This document shows positions 39,301-51,300 of a stretch of 64,000 nucleotides of DNA, piece after piece. Numbering within the stretch: position 1 is the stretch's first letter; the number at the start of each line of letters is the position of its first letter. The notes below the pieces were generated by a model that was not told where the DNA came from, did not search any database, and saw only the letters and a program-made list of their open reading frames with translations. The position numbers and the translations under genes were made by a program. Origin of the DNA: the human T2T-CHM13v2.0 reference genome, Homo sapiens. The stretch lies in assembly GCF_009914755.1 (NCBI RefSeq), contig NC_060943.1, one strand, 5' to 3'.

Positions 39301-42300
39301 GTGGGATCCGCAAGTGGATATTTGGACCGATTTGAGACCTTTGCTGCAAATGGGAATATCTTCACATATAAACTAGACAGAAGCATTCTCAGAAACTTCC
39401 TCTTGATGTGTGCATTCTACTCCCGAATTTGAATCTTCCTTTTCATGAAGCAGTTTTGAAACACTCTGTTTGTGCAATCCACAATTGGATAATTGGAACG
39501 CTTTGATGCCCATGGTAGAAAAGGAAATATCCTCATATAAAAACTAGACAGAAGGATTCACAGAAAATGCTTTGTGATGTGTGCATTCAAATCACGGAGT
39601 TGAATCTTTCTTTTGTTAGAGCAGTTTTCAAACACTGTTTCTGTGGAATCTGCCAGCGGACACTTGGAGCGCTTTGAGGGCTGTGGTGGAGAAGGAAATA
39701 TCTTCCCATAAAAACTAGAAAGAAGCATTCTCAGAAACATTTATGTGAAGCGTGCATTCAACTCACAGAGTTGAACCTTCCTTTTGATACAACAGTTTTG
39801 AAACACTCTTTTGAACAATTGCAGGTGAATCTTTGGAGCGCTTTGAAGCCTTTGTTGGAAATGGGAATATCTTCACACACAAACTAGCCAGAAGCATTCT
39901 CAGAAACTTCTTTGTGATGTGTGCGTTGAACCCAGAGAGATGAACCTTTCCTTTGATAGAGCAGTTTGGAAACGTGTTTTTGTAAGATCGGCAAGCGGAT
40001 AATTGGCTTCGCTTTGTGTCCTTTGGTGGAAACGGGAATATCTTCTAATAAAAACTAGACAGAAATATTCTCAGAATCTCCTTTGTGATGTGGGCATTCA
40101 ACTAACACAGTTGAACATTTCTTTTCACAGAGCAGCTTTGAAACACTCTTTTGGTAGAATCTGCCCGTGGATATTTGGAGCGCTTGGAGGGCTATTGTGC
40201 CAGTGGAGATATCTGCCCCTGAAAACTAGACAGAAGCATTCTCAGAAACTACTTCGTGATGTTTGCATTCAACACACAGAGTTGAACATACCTCTTCACA
40301 GAGCAGTTTTGAAAACCTCTTTCTGTAGAATCTGCAAGTGGATATTCGGACCACTTTGAGGCCTTCATAGGAAACAGTAATATCTTCACATAAAAACTAG
40401 ATAGAAGCATTGTCAGAAAGTTCTTTGTGATGTGTGAATTCAACTCACAGAGTTGAACCTTCCTTTAATAGAGCAGTTTTGAAACACTCTTTTTGTAGAA
40501 TCTGCAAGTGGATATTTGGAGCGCTTTGAGGCCTTCGTTGGAAACCGGAATATCTTCACAGGAAAAGTAGATAGAGGCATTCTCAGAAACTTTTTTGTGA
40601 TATGTAGATTCAACTCACAGTGTTGAACCTTTCTTTGGATGGAGCAGTTTTGAAAAACTCTTTTATCGAATGTGCAGGTAGACATTTGGGGTGCTTTGAG
40701 GGCTGTGGTGCAAAAGGAAATGTCTTCCCATAGAAACTAGACTGAAGCATTCTCAGCAACTTCTTGGTGACGTTTGCATTCATCTCACAGTGTTGAACAT
40801 ACCTTTCCATAGAGTGGTTTTGAAACACTCTTTTTGTAGAATCGGCAAGTGGATATTTGGACTGCTTTCAGGCCTTCATCGGAAACGGGAATATCTTCAC
40901 ATAAACACCAGAGAGAAGCATTCTCAGAAACTTCTTTGTCATCTGTCCATTCAACTCACAGAGTTGAACCTTCCTTTTTATGGAGCAGTTTTGAAACACT
41001 CCTTTTGGAGAATCTGCAAGTGGATATTTGGAGCGCTTTGAGGCCTATGGTAGAAAAAGAAATATCTGCCTCTAAAAACCAGACAGAAGCATTCCGAGAA
41101 ACTTCCTTGCGATGTTTGCATTCAACTAGCAGAGTAGAACCTTCCTTTTGATAGGGCAGTTTGGAAACACTCTTTTTGTAGAATCTGCATGTGGATATCT
41201 GGAGCGGTTTGAGGCCTACGGTCAAAAAGGAAATATCTTCCTGGGAAAAATAGACGAAAGCATTCTCAGAAACTGCTTTGTGATATGCGCATTCGACTCA
41301 CCTAGTTGAAACTTTTTTTTGATAGAGCAGTTTTGAAACACTCTGTAGAATCTGAAAGTGGATATTTGGAGCTCTTTGAGGGCTATGGCGGAAAAGAAAA
41401 TATATTCACATTAAAGTAGACAGCAGCATTCTCAGAAACTTCTTTAGGATGTTTGCAGTAAAGTCACAGAGTTGAACATACCTTTCCGTAGAGCAGTTTT
41501 GAAACACTCTGTTTGTGGGATCCGCAAGTGGATATTTGGACCGCTTTGAGACCTTTGCTGGAAATGGGAATATCTTCACATATAAACTAGACAGAAGCAT
41601 TCTCAGAAACTTCTTCGTGATGTGTGCATTCTCCTCCCGAATTTGAATCTTCCTTTTCATGAAGCAGTTTTGAAACACTCTGTTTGTGCAGTCCACAATT
41701 GGATAATTGGAACGCTTTGATGTCCAAGGTAGAAAAGGAAATATCCTCATATAAAAACTAGACAGAAGGATTCACAGAAAATGCTTTGTGATGTGTGCAT
41801 TCAAATCACGGAGTTGAATCTTTCTTTTGTTAGAGCAGTTTTGAAACACTGTTTCTGTGGAATCTGCCAGCGGACACTTGGAGCGCTTTGAGGGCTATGG
41901 TGGAGAAGGAAATACCTTCCCATAAAAACTAGAAAGAAGCATTCTCAGAAACATTTATGTGAAGCGTGCGTTCAACTCACAGAGTTGAACCTTCCTTTTG
42001 ATACAACAGTTTTGAAACACTCTTTTGAACAATTGCAGGTGAATCTTTGGAGCGCTTTGAAGCCTTTGTTGGAAATGGGAATATCTTCACACACAAACTA
42101 GCCAGAAGCATTCTCAGAAACTTCTTTGTGAGGTGTGCGTTGAACCCAGAGAGAAGAACCTTTCCTTTGATAGAGCAGTTTTGAAACGTGTTTTTGTAAG
42201 ATCGGCAAGCGGATAATTGGCTTCGCTTTGTGTCCTTTGGTGGAAACGGGAATATCTTCTAATAAAAAGTAGACAGAAATATTCTCAGAATCTCCTTTGT

Positions 42301-45300
42301 GATGTGGGCATTCAACTAACACAGTTGAACATTTCTTTTCACAGAGCAGCTTTGAAACACTCTTTGGTAGAATCTGCCGGTGGATATTTGGAGCGCTTGG
42401 AGGGCTATTGTGCCAGTGGAGATATCTGCCCCTGAAAACTAGACAGAAGCATTCTCAGAAACTACTTCGTGATGTTTGCATTCAACACACAGAGTTGAAC
42501 ATACCTCTTCACAGAGCAGTTTTGAAAACCTCTTTCTGTAGAATCTGCAAGTGGATATTCGGACCACTTTGAGGCCTTCATAGGAAACAGTAATATCTTC
42601 ACATAAAAACTAGATAGAAGCATTGTCAGAAAGTTCTTTGTGATGTGGGAATTCAACTCACAGAGTTGGACCTTCCTTTAATAGAGCAGTTTTGAAACAC
42701 TCTTTTTCTAGAATCTGCAAGTGGATATTTGGAGCGCTTTGAGGCCTTCGTTGGAAACCGGAATATCTTCACAGGAAAAGTAGATAGAGGCATTCTCAGA
42801 AACTTTTTTGTGATATGTAGATTCAACTCACAGCGTTGAACCTTTCTTTGGATGGAGCAGTTTTGAAAAACTCTTTTATCGAATCTGCAGGTAGACATTT
42901 GGGGTGCTTTGAGGGCTGTGGTGCAAAAGGAAATGTCTTCCCATAGAAACTAGACTGAAGCATTCTCAGCAACTTCTTGGTGACGTTTGCATTCGTCTCA
43001 CAGTGTTGAACATACCTTTCCATAGAGTGGTTTTGAAACACTGTTTTTGTAGAATCGGCAAGTGGATATTTGGACTGCTTTGAGGCCTTCATCGGAAACG
43101 GGAATATCTTCACATAAACACTAGAGAGAAGCATTCTCAGAAACTTCTTTGTCATCTGTCCATTCAACTCACAGAGTTGAACCTTCCTTTTTATGGAGCA
43201 GATTTGAAACACTCCTTTTGGAGAATCTGCAAGTGGATATTTGGAGCGATTTGAGGCCTATGGTAGAAAAAGAAATATCTGCCTCTAAAAACCAGACAGA
43301 AGCATTCCGAGAAACTTCTTTGCGATGTTTGCATTCAACTAGCAGAGTTGAACTTTCCATTTGATAGGGCAGTTTGGAAACACTCTTTTTGTAGAATCTG
43401 CATGTGGATATCTGGAGCGGTTTGAGGCCTATGGTCAAAAAGGAAATATCTTCCTGGGAAAAATAGACGAAAGCATTCTCAGAAACTGCTTTGTGATATG
43501 CGCATTCGACTCACCGAGTTGAAACTTTTTTTTGATAGAGCAGTTTTGAAACACTCTGTAGAATCTGAAAGTGGATATTTGGAGCTCTTTGAGGGCTATG
43601 GCGGAAAAGAAAATATATTCACATTAAAGTAGACAGCAGCATTCTCAGAAACTTCTTTAGGATGTTTGCAGTAAACTCACAGAGTTGAACATACCTTTCC
43701 GTAGAGCAGTTTTGAAACACTCTGTTTGTGGGATCCGCAAGTGGATATTTGGACCGCTTTGAGACCTTTGCTGGAAATGGGAATATCTTCACATATAAAC
43801 TAGACAGAAGCATTCTCAGAAACTTCTTCGTGATGTGTGCATTCTCCTCCCGATTTCGAATCTTCCTTTTCATGAAGCAGTTTTGAAACACTCTGTTTGT
43901 GCAATCCACAATTGGATAATTGGAACGCTTTGATGCCCATGGTAGAAAAGGAAATATCCTCATATAAAAACTAGACAGAAGGATTCACAGAAAATGCTTT
44001 GTGATGTGTGCATTCAAATCACGGAGTTGAATCTTTCTTTTGTCAGAGCAGTTTTGAAACACTGTTTCTGTGGAATCTGCCAGCGGACACTTGGAGCGCT
44101 TTGAGGGCTATGGTGGAGAAGGAAATATCTTCCCATAAAAACTAGAAAGAAGCATTCTCAGAAACATTTATGTGAAGCGTGCATTCAACTCACAGAGTTG
44201 AACCTTCCTTTCGATACAACAGTTTTGAAACACTCTTTTGAACAATTGCAGGTGAATCTTTGGAGCGCTTTGAAGCCTTTGTTGGAAATGGGAATATCTT
44301 CACACACAAACTAGCCAGAAGCATTCTCAGAAACTTCTTTGTGATGTGTGCGTTGAACCCAGAGAGATGAACCTTTCCTTTGATAGAGCAGTTTTGAAAC
44401 GTGTTTTTGTAAGATCGGCAAGCGGATAATTGGCTTCGCTTTGTGTCCTTTGGTGGAAACGGGAATATCTTCTAATAAAAACTAGACAGAAATATTCTCA
44501 GAATCTGCTTTGTGATGTGGGCATTCAACTAACACAGTTGAACATTTCTTTTCACAGAGCAGTTTTGAAACACTCTTTTGGTAGAATCTGCCAGTGGATA
44601 TTTGGAGCGCTTGGAGGGCTATTGTGCCAATGGAAATATCTGCCCCTGAAAACTAGACAGAAGCATTCTCAGAAACTACTTCGTGATGTTTGCATTCAAC
44701 ACACAGAGTTGAACATACCTCTTCACAGAGCAGTTTTGAAAACCTCTTTCTGTAGAATCTGCAAGTGGATATTCGGACCACTTTGAGGCCTTCATAGGAA
44801 ACAGTAATATCTTCACATAAAAACTAGATAGAAGCATTGTCAGAAAGTTCTTTGTGATGTGTGAATTCAACTCACAGAGTTGAACCTTCCTTTAATAGAG
44901 CAGTTTTGAAACACTCTTTTTCTAGAATCTGCAAGTAGATATTTGGAGCGCTTTGAGGCCTTCGTTGGAAACCGGAATATCTTCACAGGAAAAGTAGATA
45001 GAGGCATTCTCAGAAACTTTTTTGTGATATGTAGATTCAACTCACAGCGTTGAACCTTTCTTTGGATGGAGCAGTTTTGAAAAACCCTTTTATCGAATCT
45101 GCAGGTAGACATTCGGGGTGCTTTGAGGGCTGTGGTGCAAAAGGAAATGTCTTCCCATAGAAACTAGACTGAAGCATTCTCAGCAACTTCTTGGTGACGT
45201 TTGCATTCATCTCACAGTGTTGAACATACCTTTCCATAGAGTAGTTTTGAAACACTGTTTTTGTAGAATCGGCAAGTGGATATTTGGACTGCTTTGAGGC

Positions 45301-48300
45301 CTTCATCGGAAACGGGAATATCTTCACATAAACACTAGAGAGAAGCATTCTCAGAAACTTCTTTGTCATCTGTCCATTCAACTCACAGAGTTGAACCTTC
45401 CTTTTTATGGAGCAGTTTTGAAACACTCCTTTTGGAGAATCTGCAAGTGGATATTTGGAGCGCTTTGAGGCCTATGGTAGAAAAAGAAATATCTGCCTCT
45501 AAAAACCAGACAGAAGCATTCCGAGAAACTTCTTTGTGATGTTTGCATTCAACTAGCAGAGTTGAACCTTCCTTTTGATAGGGCAGTTTGGAAACACTCT
45601 TTGTGTAGAATCTGCATGTGGATATCTGGAGCGGTTTGAGGCCTACGGTCAAAAAGGAAATATCTTCCTGGGAAAAATAGACGAAAGCATTCTCAGAAAC
45701 TGCTTTGTGATATGGGCATTCGACTCACCGAGTTGAAACTTTTTTTTGATAGAGCAGTTTTGAAACACTCTGTAGAATCTGAAAGTGGATATTTGGAGCT
45801 CTTTGAGGGCTATGGCGGAAAACAAAATATATTCACATTAAAGTAGACAGCAGCATTCTCAGAAACTTCTTTAGGATGTTTGCAGTAAACTCACAGAGTT
45901 GAACATACCTTTCCGTAGAGCAGTTTTGAAACACTCTGTTTGTGGGATCCGCAAGTGGATATTTGGACCGCTTTGAGACCTTTGCTGGAAATGGCAATAT
46001 CTTCACGTATAAACTAGACAGAAGCATTCTCAGAAACTTCTTCGTGATGTGTGCAGTCTACTCCCGAATTTGAATCTTCCTTTTCATGAAGCAGTTTTGA
46101 AACACTCTGTTTGTGCAATCCACAATTGGATAATTGGAACGCTTTGATGCCCATGGTAGAAAAGGAAATATCCTCATATAAAAACTTTACAGAAGGATTC
46201 ACAGAAAATGCTTTGTGATGTGTGCATTCGAATCACGGAGTTGAATCTTTCTTTTGTTAGAGCAGTTTTGAAACACAGTTTCTGTGGAATCTGCCAGCGG
46301 ACACTTGGAGCGCTTTGAGGTCTATGGTGGAGAAGGAAATATCTTCCCATAAAAACTAGAAAGAAGCATTCTCAGAAACATTTATGTGAAGCGTGCATTC
46401 AACTCACAGAGTTGAACCTTCCTTTTGATACAACAGTTTTGAAACACTCTTTTGAACAATTGCAGGTGAATCTTTGGAGCGCTTTGAAGCCTTTGTTGGA
46501 AATGGGAATATCTTCACACACAAACTAGCCAGAAGCATTCCCAGAAACTTCTTTGTGATGTGTGCGTTGAACCCAGAGAGATGAACCTTTCCTTTGATAG
46601 AGCAGTTTTGAAACGTGTTTTTGTAAGATCGGCAAGCGGATAATTGGCTTCGCTTTGTGTCCTTTGGTGGAAACGGGAATATCTTCTAATAAAAACTAGA
46701 CAGAAATATTCTCAGAATCTCCTTTGTGATGTGGGCATTCAACTAACACAGTTGAACATTTCTTTTCACAGAGCAGTTTTGAAACACTCTTTTGGTAGAA
46801 TCTGCCAGTGGATATTTGGAGCGCTTGGAGGGCTATTGTGCCAATGGAAAGATCTGCCCCTGAAAACTAGACAGAAGCATTCTCAGAAACTACTTCGTGA
46901 TGTTTGCATTCAACACACAGAGTTGAACATACCCCTTCCCAGAGCAGTTTTGAAAACCTCTTTCTGTAGAATCTGCAAGTGGATATTCGGACCACTTTGA
47001 GGCCTTCATAGGAAACAGTAATATCTTCACATAAAAACTAAAAAGAAGTATTGTCAGAAAGTTCTTTGTGATGTGTGAATTCAACTCACAGAGTTGAACC
47101 TTCCTTCAATAGAGCAGTTGTGAAACACTCTTTTTCTAGAATCTGCAAGTAGATACTTGGAGCGCTTTGAGGCCTTCGTTGGAAACCGGAATATCTTCAC
47201 AGGAAAAGTAGATAGAGGCATTCTCAGAAACTTTTTTGTGAAATGTAGATTCAACTCACAGCGTTGAACCTTTCTTTGGATGGAGCAGTTTTGAAAAACC
47301 CTTTTATCGAATCTGCAGGTAGACATTCGGGGTGCTTTGAGGGCTGTGGTGCAAAAGGAAATGTCTTCCCATAGAAACTAGACTGAAGCATTCTCAGCAA
47401 CTTCTTGGTAACGTTTGCATTCATCTCACAGTGTTGAACATACCTTTCCATAGAGTGGTTTTGAAACACTGTTTTTGTAGAATCGGCAAGTGGATATTTG
47501 GACTGCTTTGAGGCCTTCATCGGAAACGGGAATATCTTCACATAAACACTAGAGAGAAGCATTCTCAGAAACTTCTTTGTGATCTGTCCATTCAACTCAC
47601 AGAGTTGAACCTTCCTTTTTATGGAGCAGTTTTGAAACACTCCTTTTGGAGAATCTGCAAGTGGATATTTGGAGCGCTTTGAGGCCTATGGTAGAAAAAG
47701 AAATATCTGCCTCTAAAAACCAGACAGAAGCATTCCGAGAAACTTCTTTGTGATGTTTGCATTCAACTAGCAGAGTTGAACCTTCCTTTTGATAGGGCAG
47801 TTTGGAAACACTCTTTTTGTAGAATCTGCATGTGGATATCTGGAGCGGTTTGAGGCCTACGGTCAAAAAGGAAATATCTTCCTGGGAAAAATTGACGAAA
47901 GCATTCTCAGAAACTGCTTTGTGATATGGGCATTCGACTCACCGAGTTGAAACTTTTTTTTGATAGAGCAGTTTTGAAACACTCTGTAGAATCTGAAAGT
48001 GGATATTTGGAGCTCTTTGAGGGCTATGGCGGAAAACAAAATATATTCACATTAAAGTAGACAGCAGCATTCTCAGAAACTTCTTTAGGATGTTTGCAGT
48101 AAACTCACAGAGTTGAACATACCTTTCCGTAGAGCAGTTTTGAAACACTCTGTTTGTGGGATCCGCAAGTGGATATTTGGACCGCTTTGAGAACTTTGCT
48201 GGAAATGGCAATATCTTCACGTATTAACTAGACAGAAGCATTCTCAGAAACTTCTTCGTGATGTGTGCAGTCTACTCCCGAATTTGAATCTTCCTTTTCA

Positions 48301-51300
48301 TGAAGCAGTTTTGAAACACTCTGTTTGTGCAATCCACAATTGGATAATTGGAACGCTTTGATGCCCATGGTAGAAAAGGAAATATCCTCATATAAAAACT
48401 AGACAGAAGGATTCACAGAAAATGCTTTGTGATGTGTGCATTCGAATCACGGAGTTGAATCTTTCTTTTGTTAGAGCAGTTTTGAAACACGGTTTCTGTG
48501 GAATCTGCCAGCGGACACTTGGAGCGCTTTGAGGGCTATGGTGGAGAAGGAAATATCTTCCCATAAAAACTAGAAAGAAGCATTCTCAGAAACATTTATG
48601 TGAAGCGTGCATTCAACTCACAGAGTTGAACCTTCCTTTTGATACAACAGTTTTGAAACACTCTTTTGAACAATTGCAGGTGAATCTCTGGAGCGCTTTG
48701 AAGCCTTTGTTGGAAATGGGAATATCTTCACACACAAACTAGCCAGAAGCATTCTCAGAAACTTCTTTGTGATGTGTGCGTTGAACCCAGAGAGATGAAC
48801 CTTTCCTTGGAAAGAGCAGTTTTGAAACGTGTTTTTGTAAGATCGGCAAGCGGATAATTGGCTTCGCTTTGTGTCCTTTGGTGGAAACGGGAATATCTTC
48901 TAATAAAAACTAGACAGAAATATTCTCAGAATCTCCTTTGTGATGTGGGCATTCAACTAACACAGTTGAACATTTCTTTTCACAGAGCAGTTTTGAAACA
49001 CTCTTTTGGTCGAATATGCCAGTGGATATTTGGAGCGCTTGGAGGGCTATTGTGCCAATGGAAATATCTGCCCCTGAAAACTAGACAGAAGCATTCTCAG
49101 AAACTACTTCGTGATGTTTGCATTCAACACACAGAGTTGAACATACCTCTTCACAGAGCAGTTTTGAAAACCTCTTTCTGTAGAATCTGCAAGTGGATAT
49201 TCGGACCACTTTGAGGCCTTCATAGGAAACAGTAATATCTTCACATAAAAACTAGATAGAAGCATTGTCAGAAAGTTCTTTGTGATGTGTGAATTCAACT
49301 CACAGAGTTGAACCTTCCTTCAATAGAGCAGTTGTGAAACACTCTTTTTCTAGAATCTGCAAGTAGATACTTGGAGCGCTTTGAGGCCTTCGTTGGAAAC
49401 CGGAATATCTTCACAGGAAAAGTAGATAGAGGCATTCTCAGAAACCTTTTTGTGATATGTAGATTCAACTCACAGAGTTGAACCTTTCTTTGGATGGAGC
49501 AGTTTTGAAAAACCCTTTTATCGAATCTGCAGGTAGACATTCGGGGTGCTTTGAGGGCTGTGGTGCAAAAGGAAATGTCTTCCCATAGAAACTTGACTGA
49601 AGCATTCTCAGCAACTTCTTGGTGACGTTTGCATTCATCTCACAGTGTTGAACATACCTTTCCATAGAGTGGTTTTGAAACACTGTTTTTGTAGAATCGG
49701 CAAGTGGATATTTGGACTGCTTTGAGGCCTTCATCGGAAACGGGAATATCTTCACATAAACACTAGAGAGAAGCATTCTCAGAAACTTCTTTGTCATCTG
49801 TCCATTCAACTCACAGAGTTGAACCTTCCTTTTTATGGAGCAGTTTTGAAACACTCCTTTTGGAGAATCTGCAAGTGGATATTTGGAGCGCTTTGAGGCC
49901 TATGGTAGAAAAAGAAATATCTGCCTCTAAAAACCAGACAGAAGCATTCCGAGAAACTTCTTTGTGATGTTTGCATTCAACTAGCAGAGTTGAACCTTCC
50001 TTTTGATGGGGCAGTTTGGAAACACTCTTTTTGTAGAATCTGCATGTGGATATCTGGAGCGGTTTGAGGCCTACGGTCAAAAAGGAAATATCTTCCTGGG
50101 AAAAATAGACGAAAGCATTCTCAGAAACTGCTTTGTGATATGTGCATTCGACTCACCGAGTTGAAACTTTTTTTTGATTGAGCAGTTTTGAAACACTCTG
50201 TAGAATCTGAAAGTGGATATTTGGAGCTCTTTGAGGGCTATGGCGGAAAACAAAATATATTCACATTAAAGTAGACAGCAGCATTCTCAGAAACTTCTTT
50301 AGGATGTTTGCAGTAAACTCACAGAGTTGAACATACCTTTCCGTAGAGCAGTTTTGAAACACTCTGTTTGTGGGATCCGCAAGTGGATATTTGGACCGCT
50401 TTGAGACCTTTGCTGGAAATGGCAATATCTTCACGTATAAACTAGACAGAAGCATTCTCAGAAACTTCTTCGTGAAGTGTGCAGTCTACTCCGGAATTTG
50501 AATCTTCCTTTTCATGAAGCAGTTTTGAAACACTCTGTTTGTGCAATCCACAATTGGATAATTGGAACGCTTTGATGCCCATGGTAGAAAAGGAAATATA
50601 CTCATATAAAAACTAGACAGAAGGATTCACAGAAAATGCTTTGTGATGTGTGCATTCAAATCACGGAGTTGAATCTTTCTTTTGTTAGAGCAGTTTTGAA
50701 ACACGGTTTCTGTGGAATCTGCCAGCGGACACTTGGAGCGCTTTGAGGGCTATGGTGGAGAAGGAAATATCTTCCCATAAAAACTAGAAAGAAGCATTCT
50801 CAGAAACATTTATGTGAAGCGTGCATTCAACTCACAGAGTTGAACCTTCCTTTTGATACAACAGTTTTGAAACACTCTTTTGAACAATTGCAGGTGAATC
50901 TTTGGAGCGCTTTGAAGCCTTTGTTGGAAATGGGAATATCTTCACACACAAACTAGCCGGAAGCATTCTCAGAAACTTCTTTGTGATGTGTGCGTTGAAC
51001 CCAGAGAGATGAACCTTTCCTTTGATAGAGCAGTTTTGAAACGTGTTTTTGTAAGATCGGCAAGCGGATAATTGGCTTCGCTTTGTGTCCTTTGGTGGAA
51101 ACGGGAATATCTTCTAATAAAAACTAGACAGAAATATTCTCAGAATCTCCTTTGTGATGTGGGCATTCAACTAACACAGTTGAACATTTCTTTTCACAGA
51201 GCAGTTTTGAAACACTCTTTTGGTAGAATCTGCCAGTGGATATTTGGAGCGCTTGGAGGGCTATTGTGCCAATGGAAATATCTGCCCCTGAAAACTAGAC

